From Candidatus Latescibacterota bacterium (GTDB taxonomy: Bacteria > Latescibacterota > UBA2968 > GCA-2709665), in NCBI GenBank assembly GCA_965208835.1, contig OZ242358.1, forward strand, positions 3,072,001 to 3,136,000: DNA of 64,000 nt, read 5' to 3'. Below are positions 9,869 to 18,155 of this stretch, one piece after another. Numbering within the stretch: position 1 is the stretch's first letter; every line of letters begins with the position of its first letter. Position numbers and translations under genes: made by a program. The notes beneath the pieces were generated by a model. That model was not told the origin of the DNA. It saw only the letters and a program-made list of their open reading frames with translations, and searched no databases.

Positions 9869-11539
9869 ATGACAAACGAAAACAATAAGACGGACAGTAC
9901 CCATGCCGACTGGGTGATTTCACGGATGGTCAAGCCTCCCGAGTTGGAGAATACCGGCTATATTGCAGAGAGCAAGGGCAAGGGCCCGGAGGTCTGGGCG
10001 ATGTTCTGCGCGACGATACGGGGCGACCTGGAAACGATTCAGAGGCTCGCCGAGCGAAATCCTGACCTTGTCCGTTGCGTACACTACTACACGCAACCCA
10101 TCAAGTTCGCGGTCCGCGAGGGTCACGCCGAAGTCGTCCGTTACCTCCTGAATAATGGAGCCAGTCCTTTCTACCGGACACGGATATTCCACGATTCGCT
10201 GGTCAACCTGGCCGCCGACCGGGAGCACGAGGAGATCGTGAAGATCCTGGAAACGGCCATCAGCGAACGGAGCGGTGGGTACAGACGGGAAACGGAACCC
10301 GTTGCGAACGAGCTCATCGACGCGGTTCACGCGCGCGATTACGAAAAGACGACACACATTATCCGGAACGCTCCCGAGCGGGTCAAATTGAGCAACGCGA
10401 ACGGGACCACGGCCCTTCACGAGGCGGTTTCGATCGGCGACTTTTACCTGACCAGGCTGCTTCTGGACAACGGCGCCGATATCCAAGCGCAGGCCGGCGC
10501 GGGCTTCAGTACCGGACAGAAGCCAATCCATGTCGCACTCTACGCCGGATGGCGGGACAGGATTCTCATTCGCAAGAAAGCGGCGCTGGCGGGTTATCTG
10601 GTCGCCCGTGGCGCGGACTACAATATCCTCATAGCCTCCGCGTTCGGCGACATCCGGCGCGTCCGGGAGTACCTGGACGCGGAACCATCGCTGGCCAATT
10701 TCCGAGATACCTGCGACAGGCTGCCGGTTTCCATCGCGGCCGGTCGGGGCCATCACGATATCGTGGAACTTCTGCTTGAAAATGGCGCAGATCCGAATGC
10801 GCCGGAGCCCGACGCGCCTCGCGGAAAGGCCCTGCTCGAGGCCGTGTTCCATGGGCATACCGCCATCGCCGAGTTGCTTCTCGAACACGGCGCCGACCCC
10901 AATGGCAACGTGGACTCCACCGGCACGGCATTCCACCACGCCAGAAAGAATCCTGAACTCTACGAATTGATGAAATCGTTCGGCGGCCGGGTGGATATCA
11001 TCCCCCCGATCAGCGCCGCGGTCAACGCCAATGACCTGGAGCGCGTGGACGAAATACTCACGCAGAACCCCGAAGAGATCGCGAACGCGAAACTGGGCAA
11101 CCCCGCCCGGCGCGGCAGGCTGGAAATGGTGAAGCTGCTCCTGAAGCACGGCTCGGCCATTTCCGGTACGAACCACGGCTCGTTCTTCCGGGTCTACAAA
11201 ACGGCGAAATTCCTGCTCGATAACGGGGCAAATCCGAATTACAGGAACTGGCAGGGGATCTCTTCCCTCCACAACATCGCGCACGAGGGTGACGTCCGGA
11301 GAGCCGGTCTTCTGCTGGACTACGGTGCGGCGATCAATGCGATAGAACCCGAGTACTGTTCGACGCCGCTTGGGCTGGCGTGCCGGTCGGGTCATGCGCC
11401 GATGGTGGAGTTTCTCCTCACACGGGGAGCGGACGCCGGCTTGCCGCGCGAACACCCATGGGCGAGGCCGCTCGCATGGGCGAAAAAGAAAGAACACCCT
11501 GAGATCGTCAGGATTCTACACGACCACGGTACAACGTAG
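9869..11539 (+). CDS. Ankyrin repeat protein
   Basis: Many repeats (GTTALHEAV...LLLDNGADI, GHHDIVELLLENGADPN, STPLGLAC); RBS GAGGA before ATG 9869. Confidence 0.95.
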   Translation: MTNENNKTDSTHADWVISRMVKPPELENTGYIAESKGKGPEVWAMFCATIRGDLETIQRLAERNPDLVRCVHYYTQPIKFAVREGHAEVVRYLLNNGASPFYRTRIFHDSLVNLAADREHEEIVKILETAISERSGGYRRETEPVANELIDAVHARDYEKTTHIIRNAPERVKLSNANGTTALHEAVSIGDFYLTRLLLDNGADIQAQAGAGFSTGQKPIHVALYAGWRDRILIRKKAALAGYLVARGADYNILIASAFGDIRRVREYLDAEPSLANFRDTCDRLPVSIAAGRGHHDIVELLLENGADPNAPEPDAPRGKALLEAVFHGHTAIAELLLEHGADPNGNVDSTGTAFHHARKNPELYELMKSFGGRVDIIPPISAAVNANDLERVDEILTQNPEEIANAKLGNPARRGRLEMVKLLLKHGSAISGTNHGSFFRVYKTAKFLLDNGANPNYRNWQGISSLHNIAHEGDVRRAGLLLDYGAAINAIEPEYCSTPLGLACRSGHAPMVEFLLTRGADAGLPREHPWARPLAWAKKKEHPEIVRILHDHGTT

Positions 11540-11610
11540 ACGCATCAGAATGTCCTGCTCTATCGTGCGTAAGGGTGTTTTCCTGGCCGGACGCGGAAGT
11601 CTGGGTGCCG

Positions 11611-12324
11611 TCAGGCGGACCGTCGCGATTCCCACCACCTGGCGATGGGGACTGGGGCGTAGACAAGGAAAAACATGGCCAGGCCGATGAGGTCCAGAAA
11701 GACGAGGTACCAGGGCCACGGAAGGAAGAAGAAGGGCGACACCGTGCCCCACGGAGGCGAGGAGAGGTACATGTAATTCGAACCGGAGAGCAGGTTGACA
11801 AGCGCGGCAATCGCCGCCAGGACGTGGAGCCAGACAAACGCTTTGAAGAGCCCGCTGAGCGTCGGCCGCATCTTCAGGCCCCACGTCGCGTACAGGACCC
11901 CCGCAACAATGCCGGAATGTGCGATGAAGTATTGGAAGAACCGGTACTGCGGATAGTCAACCGCCAGGTTGCCGGGTGTAATAACCGCGTTCGCCGACCC
12001 CGCGAGGCCCCAGAAGTAGGCAATTTCGTACGCCGCCTGATTGCGAAACATCAGGGCGATCGACGTCGCGAACATCGCGATGCCGCACAGGTGAAGAGGC
12101 AGAAAATATCGGAGGAAGACGTCGGGGCCGTATCCGGCGATCCGGAAGCCCCAGTGGGTCACCTCGTTGCCGAGGAGGAGGACCCCCAGAACAATGCCCA
12201 ATGTGGCGGCTGACCGGGACGATGCCCGTTTCGCGATCAGCGAGAGCAGCACCGGCAGAACCACTGTCAACGCCATCGCGACCAGATGCGGCGGCCCGAA
12301 CGTCTGAAATCCGGCGGTCGACAT
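11611..12324 (-). CDS. YwaF/TIGR02206 family integral membrane protein
   Basis: FGPPH, LPLHLCG, FFQYFIAH, SNYMYL and PWPWY motifs. Confidence 0.9.
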   Translation of the reverse strand: MSTAGFQTFGPPHLVAMALTVVLPVLLSLIAKRASSRSAATLGIVLGVLLLGNEVTHWGFRIAGYGPDVFLRYFLPLHLCGIAMFATSIALMFRNQAAYEIAYFWGLAGSANAVITPGNLAVDYPQYRFFQYFIAHSGIVAGVLYATWGLKMRPTLSGLFKAFVWLHVLAAIAALVNLLSGSNYMYLSSPPWGTVSPFFFLPWPWYLVFLDLIGLAMFFLVYAPVPIARWWESRRSA

Positions 12325-12428
12325 CGATCTATGTAACCGGCCAGAGGCGGCCCGGCCTCCTCATTATCATCGTTATACAACGCCCCAACGGCGCACGCTG
12401 ACGCGGCCGATCGGGTACGCGACGTCGG

Positions 12429-14390
12429 TCAAACCGCCCATCCCTCGCCCGAAACAAGGTCTCGTCCCACACGCCAGGTCTTTCCCGATTCGGAGACGGT
12501 CATCTCCACACGGTCGTCTCCGGCCTGAATGCCCGCGGGCAATTCCGCCGATACGGTCGGCGTACGGGTACCTCGATACGGTGCGACTACGGCGCCGAAA
12601 ACCGTGGGCGCATGGCTGTCGAGCGCGAACCGGAACGCCTTTCGCGGCGTGCGATAGCCGTATTCCCACGCGAACCAGCCCGTTTCTTCGACCATCGAAG
12701 CCGGCGACCCGGCTGCCGCCTGCACCAGTACGTTGGCGTCCTCGAACATCGTGAACGCCCTGTTTCCCCCGCTGTCGATTGAGACGTCGCCAGGCGCAAA
12801 CTGGAAGTGCAGGTCCAGTTGGCCGGGCGCGACGCCGATCGCCTCGTCGAGCAGAACGAAGAAGCGACGTTCAACAAACCAGACCGAACGACGGTGGATG
12901 AGGCCGGGATAGGACCCGTTCTCAACGACCAGCACGTCTGTGTCCGCCCCCTCGGAGACCCACATCAGATCGCGTGCGTCGTCGGCGATATCCCGCCCAT
13001 CGAGCGTCAGGGTCTGATGTACCGAGGTCTGCCGGTGCCACGCCCGGGCCTCCTTGTCTCTACCATAGGTATAGAAGCCCGTATCGTTCATCAGCCAACG
13101 ACCAAAGGCGTACAACTCGAACGTCCCGTTGTCCGGCTGGTCGTGGCTTGAAATCGCGGGCGGAGAACAGTGCAGCGCCAGATGAATCTGATCGGGACCC
13201 CAGTCGTTCCGCATGACGTAGAAGCCGGCCTCCCGGAACGCGCGGCTCTTCCGGCCCGGCAGGGCTTCGCGATCCAGATTCGCCCTTGCCGCGTATTTCG
13301 GATCTCCGAACAGTTTCGACGCGTCCATCAACTCACCGTAGAGCGGCCACGTTGACCGGTCATCCGTGGCGACGAGCGGACGGGATCCGTCTCCGAACAT
13401 CGGCGGCGTCAGATCGGGCGACGCGATCCAGAAGATGTAGTCGTACATCCGCCGCACGCGCTCCAGGAATTCCTGTGACGCCTTGATGTCGAAGACTTCG
13501 AGGCGCGACAGGATTTCCACGGCGTCGCGCAGGACACCCTGGTGATATCCGAACGACCACTCCCGCTGGACGCCGTCGGTCGTTGTCTGCGCCAGGATGT
13601 TTTCCTCCACGCGCGCCAGCCCCAGTTCCATCCAGTCGCGCGCTTCCCTGAACTCGCTGAACGTATAGGCGACGTTGATGAACCCGCGCTGTTCGAACAC
13701 CGCCTTGTTGTGGATGAGGCCCATGGGAATCAGCGTCGTTTTTGTCTGATGGTCGTACACACTCGCGAGCAGCACGCCCAGAAACTCCGGCGTGAACGCC
13801 TCGGACTGGATCAGCCCGCGAAAAGCCGCGCAGATGTTCGTGGCCCGGATGCCCGTCTGCAGGTCCAGCCATGCGAACCCCTTCCATGACTTGTATACGG
13901 GATGGGTTCTGGTGTGTCTTTCGAGCGGATGTTTTGATATCCAGTCGGACGCCAGATCGACGAATGCCTGCGCGTACTTTTCATCGCGCGATGCCGCGTA
14001 GGCGTTTACGAGCGGCGCGGCCCAGTAAAAGCGATAAACGACGCATACCCACTCGATATCCCCTGGCGGGTCCCACTCCCAGTCGAAATCGTCGCCATAT
14101 TGCGCCTCGTCGTACGGCCCCCATTGGATGATACGGCGGCAAATCTTGTCCGCCTCAGTATGATCACCCTCTTCATCCGCCTCACCCAGCGGAAATTTCG
14201 CCCTGTAATAGTCGCGCAGGGCCGTAAGGGCGCCCGTCCTGTCGCCGGCGTCGGCCGCCTGTTTCACGGCTTCCAGCCCAGCCGCAGTCAGATCCAGTTT
14301 TTCAAGAATGCGATCGGGATCGAACGACGTCAGCGGCATTTCGTGATCGATCTGGTCTGCACCCGCGGGGCGCTCCACAACGTAAGTCAT
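12429..14390 (-). CDS. Heparinase II/III family polysaccharide lyase
   Basis: HN...DGVQREWSFGYH, GFYVMRNDW, SHDQPDNGTFELYAFGRWLMNDTG, HQTLTLDG, HRRSV. Confidence 0.9.
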   Translation of the reverse strand: MTYVVERPAGADQIDHEMPLTSFDPDRILEKLDLTAAGLEAVKQAADAGDRTGALTALRDYYRAKFPLGEADEEGDHTEADKICRRIIQWGPYDEAQYGDDFDWEWDPPGDIEWVCVVYRFYWAAPLVNAYAASRDEKYAQAFVDLASDWISKHPLERHTRTHPVYKSWKGFAWLDLQTGIRATNICAAFRGLIQSEAFTPEFLGVLLASVYDHQTKTTLIPMGLIHNKAVFEQRGFINVAYTFSEFREARDWMELGLARVEENILAQTTTDGVQREWSFGYHQGVLRDAVEILSRLEVFDIKASQEFLERVRRMYDYIFWIASPDLTPPMFGDGSRPLVATDDRSTWPLYGELMDASKLFGDPKYAARANLDREALPGRKSRAFREAGFYVMRNDWGPDQIHLALHCSPPAISSHDQPDNGTFELYAFGRWLMNDTGFYTYGRDKEARAWHRQTSVHQTLTLDGRDIADDARDLMWVSEGADTDVLVVENGSYPGLIHRRSVWFVERRFFVLLDEAIGVAPGQLDLHFQFAPGDVSIDSGGNRAFTMFEDANVLVQAAAGSPASMVEETGWFAWEYGYRTPRKAFRFALDSHAPTVFGAVVAPYRGTRTPTVSAELPAGIQAGDDRVEMTVSESGKTWRVGRDLVSGEGWAV

Positions 14391-14497
14391 TTGGCTTCCC
14401 TTGATAACAGGTTGTCGTACCGGCGAATCCTGATACCTGCGTGTCGGATCCCTTCAAAACGCACCTAAATTACGCTCCATCCGTCGCGTTGGCAACA

Positions 14498-14770
14498 CTA
14501 TTGTTGCGGATTTTCGAGGAAGGAGATACATGGATGGACTGGATGAACAGGATTGGAAATCGGCTGATTTCCCAAGCGCGCGTCGGACGAGGCGCCAAGC
14601 GTTTTGCACAGGGCGGGGAATGTCCCTATATTGGGCATCAACTCCCCGTTCTCCCACTTGGAAACCGCCTGTACGCTGATGCATACGGCCTGAGCGAGCT
14701 GTTCCTGGGTAAGCCTCTTCTGCTTTCGCTGTTCCTGAATCCGTCGTCCAACCTCCCTGGGATCGAACAT
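14498..14770 (-). CDS. XRE/Cro-C1 HTH protein, possibly truncated
   Basis: RKQKRLTQEQLAQAVCISVQAVSKWENG; RBS GGAGG; the C-terminal tail runs into low-complexity repeat-like DNA. Confidence 0.7.
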   Translation of the reverse strand: MFDPREVGRRIQEQRKQKRLTQEQLAQAVCISVQAVSKWENGELMPNIGTFPALCKTLGASSDARLGNQPISNPVHPVHPCISFLENPQQ

Positions 14771-14998
14771 TGTAACGCCTCCCTTTGTGAGTTGACGCAG
14801 AACTAGGTTCTCCATGTATTGAACAACGTCAATTTAGCACATTGTCACGGTTGTCGGTATCTGTGAATATGAGACCGTATCAACGTCTGGTTGAGACAAC
14901 TGAAAGGGAAACGCTTTAAGGCGTATCGTCACCTTGTGTGTAAAATTGAAAGTAGTACTTGCAAATATATCGCTTCTTCGGTACATTTTCCAATACTT

Positions 14999-16183
14999 AT
15001 GGTCCATCGTGAACTCACAGACAGACTGGTCGCGTTATTCAAGCAGTATCCCTTTGTTACCGTGACCGGACCGCGGCAGTCCGGCAAGACGACCCTCTGC
15101 CGCGCCGCGTTTCCCCATCTCAAATATATAAACCTGGAGGCGCCCGATCAGCGCCTCTTCGCCGAGACCGACCCTCGCGGATTTCTCTCGCAGCACGGCG
15201 ATGGCGTCATCCTGGATGAAATTCAGCGGGTCCCGCAACTCCTTTCCTACCTTCAGGTCCTGGCCGATGAAAATGGCGGGAACAGTCTCTACGTCCTCAC
15301 GGGCAGTGAGCAGTTCAGGCTCTCAGATTCAATCAGCCAGTCCCTGGCGGGACGTACGGCACTGTTGTGCCTTCTGCCATTCACCCTTGACGAACGGCGA
15401 CGCGCGGACGCAAGCGACAGGGTGGATGATATCCTGTACTCCGGATTTTATCCTCGAATCCACGATCAGAAGCTGGAGCCACGGCAGGCGCTGGGAGATT
15501 ATTTCGAAACCTACGTCGAGCGAGACGTCCGCCGCCTCGGCGAGATCCGCAACCTCACCGGTTTTCGTCGATTCGCGCGGCTGTGCGCAGGGCGCGTGGG
15601 GCAGCTGTTGAATGTTTCCTCGTTAGGCGCCGACACGGGCGTTTCCCATACCACGGCCCGGGAGTGGCTGTCAATCCTGGAAGCCAGTTATGTCGTCTTT
15701 CAACTCCCGCCTTTCTACGCCAATATTCGTAAGCGTCTGATCAAATCGCCCAAACTCTACTTTTACGACGTCGGATTGGCAAGTTATCTGATTGGAATCG
15801 AACACGCAGGTCAGATTGCAACCCACCCGCTGCGTGGCGCGCTGTTCGAGAATGCCGTTGTCGCAGAGGCAACAAAGTACCTGTTCAATCGCGGACGCCG
15901 GTCCAATCTGTCCTTTTTCCGCGATATACGCGGCCTCGAGTGCGACCTTTTCTATGAAATGGGAAATCGGATTGGCGCCGTCGAGATCAAGTCCGGCGCC
16001 ACCGTGGCATCCGACTACTTCGATGCACTGAACCGGGTCGCCAGGCTCCTGCCGCAGGTCGCGGAAAGGGGCCTGGTCTACGGGGGTAGTCTTCCGCAGA
16101 CACGGGGCGACGTGGACGTGGTGACACTGGACGACACCAGTGACTTGCTCCGGCGGTTCGACGACGGAGAAAAAAACTCCTAA
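14999..16183 (+). CDS. AAA_14 ATPase with DUF4143 C-terminal domain
   Basis: GPRQSGKTT, ILDEIQR, LTGS, SLAGR, KSPKLYFYDVG, GALFEN, ECD...VEIK. Confidence 0.92.
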   Translation: MVHRELTDRLVALFKQYPFVTVTGPRQSGKTTLCRAAFPHLKYINLEAPDQRLFAETDPRGFLSQHGDGVILDEIQRVPQLLSYLQVLADENGGNSLYVLTGSEQFRLSDSISQSLAGRTALLCLLPFTLDERRRADASDRVDDILYSGFYPRIHDQKLEPRQALGDYFETYVERDVRRLGEIRNLTGFRRFARLCAGRVGQLLNVSSLGADTGVSHTTAREWLSILEASYVVFQLPPFYANIRKRLIKSPKLYFYDVGLASYLIGIEHAGQIATHPLRGALFENAVVAEATKYLFNRGRRSNLSFFRDIRGLECDLFYEMGNRIGAVEIKSGATVASDYFDALNRVARLLPQVAERGLVYGGSLPQTRGDVDVVTLDDTSDLLRRFDDGEKNS

Positions 16184-16209
16184 ATAACTTAATAACCGGA
16201 ATTTAAACT

Positions 16210-17199
16210 ATGGATTCGATTCGTCTGGGTCTGGTCGGATCGGGCGGCATGGCGCAGAGCCGCGCGCGTACATTCGCGTCGATGCAGGGCTGCAGGCTGA
16301 CCGCACTGGCAGCCAGGAACCCGCGCACGGGCGCGGAACTGGCCCGTGAGCACAATCTGCCGTTGCTGGACAGCTGGAAGGCGCTGATCGACCGGTCCGA
16401 CGTTGACGGGCTTGTGGTCTGTACCAACAACGACAGCCACGGCCCCATCGCGCGGGCCTCCCTTGAGGCCGGCAAGCCCGTCTTCCTGGAATATCCTGTG
16501 GCGCGGCACGTCGACGAGGGGGCCGCCCTGGTCGACCTGGCGCGCTCGACCGGCACTGTGCTGCGCGTGGCCCATCCCGAGGTCGTGTCCGGCGCCCATC
16601 GGCAACTCAAGGAGACCGTGGGATCGCTGGGCGAACTTCTGCTGGCGCTGTTCGTGCGGCTGACGCCGGGTAAAGGGGCGCGGCCGGAGGTACTGTTCAA
16701 TATTCCCACGTCGGGGCCGCCGAGTCTCTTCTTCGTCTATCAGGTCTACCCTCTGGTGGACCTCTTCGGCCCGGCGTCCTGGGTGGAAGGGTACGCCCAC
16801 TATGACGGAATGGACAACGCCGGAACGTACGAACGCTTCGTCAACCGGGTCGCCGTGGGCTTCACGGGAGGAGGGACGGCCGAATGGACCTGGGCGGGCG
16901 GGATTTCAATCGGAAACGCCGAACAGGTTCAGCGGTTCGTGCTGGAGGAAGGAACGCTGGTCCAAAACGACGGGGGCTGGCGGCTCTCGTCCGCCGACGG
17001 CAAAGAGCAATCGCTGCCGCCCGCGGAACAGGGGACGTCTCTGGAGAGCCTCTTCCTTGAGGAAGTGCGCGGTAGAAGGGTTGATTGGCGATCGGACCTG
17101 GATACGGCCCTCGAAGCCGTTCGCATCGGGCTGGGCGCCGAGGAAGCGGCGAACCGCGGCGGCCGTGTAATTCTCGGGGATGGCGGGACTGACGGATGA
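16210..17199 (+). CDS. Gfo/Idh/MocA family oxidoreductase
   Basis: Rossmann GLVGSGGMA; H...AGKPVFLEYP. Confidence 0.9.
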   Translation: MDSIRLGLVGSGGMAQSRARTFASMQGCRLTALAARNPRTGAELAREHNLPLLDSWKALIDRSDVDGLVVCTNNDSHGPIARASLEAGKPVFLEYPVARHVDEGAALVDLARSTGTVLRVAHPEVVSGAHRQLKETVGSLGELLLALFVRLTPGKGARPEVLFNIPTSGPPSLFFVYQVYPLVDLFGPASWVEGYAHYDGMDNAGTYERFVNRVAVGFTGGGTAEWTWAGGISIGNAEQVQRFVLEEGTLVQNDGGWRLSSADGKEQSLPPAEQGTSLESLFLEEVRGRRVDWRSDLDTALEAVRIGLGAEEAANRGGRVILGDGGTDG

Positions 17200-17233
17200 G
17201 AATGCGATCTAGAAAAAAACCGCCTGCTCAGTC

Positions 17234-17980
17234 CTAGCGCGGCCCGAAGGCGGCCATGTAGAGGCGGGTCCGCTCGTTGAGTACGCCGTAAAACGCGCGC
17301 GTCTCCGGATCGGGATCGTCCCGCCAGAACACCGCCGGAATTCCGGAATCGTTGGCCAGCGGGGACCGATGGCGGTGCCCGTAGTAGATCTGCGCGGTTT
17401 TTCGCCGGGCCTGCGTGGGGCGCGTGGTCGCCGTGTGCAGAACCGCAACGTTGAAAAGGGCGCACGTGCCGGCGGGGCCGTGGAGATCAAACACGCCGCC
17501 CCGCTCCAGCTGCGCGGCCGGATCTTCCAGGACGGCGTCGTCGACCGACTCGGGCGAGAGGGAAAAGCAATGCGTTCCCTCGTCCACGTCGGTCAAATAG
17601 ACCATCAACTGAATGTAGTCCATGTGCAGGGGGTGTTCGCGCCAGTGGGGCCTGTCGCGGTGCCATCCCCGGTGGACGTCGCCCGAATAGGGACCCATGC
17701 CGCGCAGGCCGATCTCGCCGAAGCAGACGGGACCGCCCATCAGTTCCTCGATTGGCGGCAGTATTCGCGGGTGACGGACCAGCCTGTCGAAATCAGGCAT
17801 GGTGACCAATGCGTTGTAATTGGCTTCCTGGTGGTATCCGTATGGATGCCAGAAGTAGGGATGTCGGCGGCGGTCCTCGTCAAACATGCCCCGGAAGCGG
17901 CGAACCTCGTCGGGACTCAGGAAAACGCCGAGGTTCAGGTAGCCGTTCCGTGCGAAAAATTCGCGATCGGTGTGTTTCAT
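17234..17980 (-). CDS. Phytanoyl-CoA dioxygenase (PhyH) family Fe(II)/2OG oxygenase
   Basis: FFARNGYL, WHRD (HxD), MVYLTDV, distal His in VLHTA. Confidence 0.9.
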   Translation of the reverse strand: MKHTDREFFARNGYLNLGVFLSPDEVRRFRGMFDEDRRRHPYFWHPYGYHQEANYNALVTMPDFDRLVRHPRILPPIEELMGGPVCFGEIGLRGMGPYSGDVHRGWHRDRPHWREHPLHMDYIQLMVYLTDVDEGTHCFSLSPESVDDAVLEDPAAQLERGGVFDLHGPAGTCALFNVAVLHTATTRPTQARRKTAQIYYGHRHRSPLANDSGIPAVFWRDDPDPETRAFYGVLNERTRLYMAAFGPR

Positions 17981-18155
17981 TGTCACAGATCCCATGGAAA
18001 TATGGCGGGCGCCATGCAAACCGTGGTTTGAAGATGCACAATTAACCGGCGCGAAATGCTCAGTTTTCGCGCATCGAAAATATACCCGGCCCGGTTACGG
18101 CTGCCAAGTACCTTCGGCGGTACCCTCCAGACCGGGCCCGACGATCTGAAGCGTC

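Noticed and set aside
9920-11497. Long antisense ORFs (also 23086-24285, 32264-33553, 42098-43279, 48457-49899, 59590-60765)
   Set aside because: Shadow frames of well-supported GC-rich genes, with no motifs.
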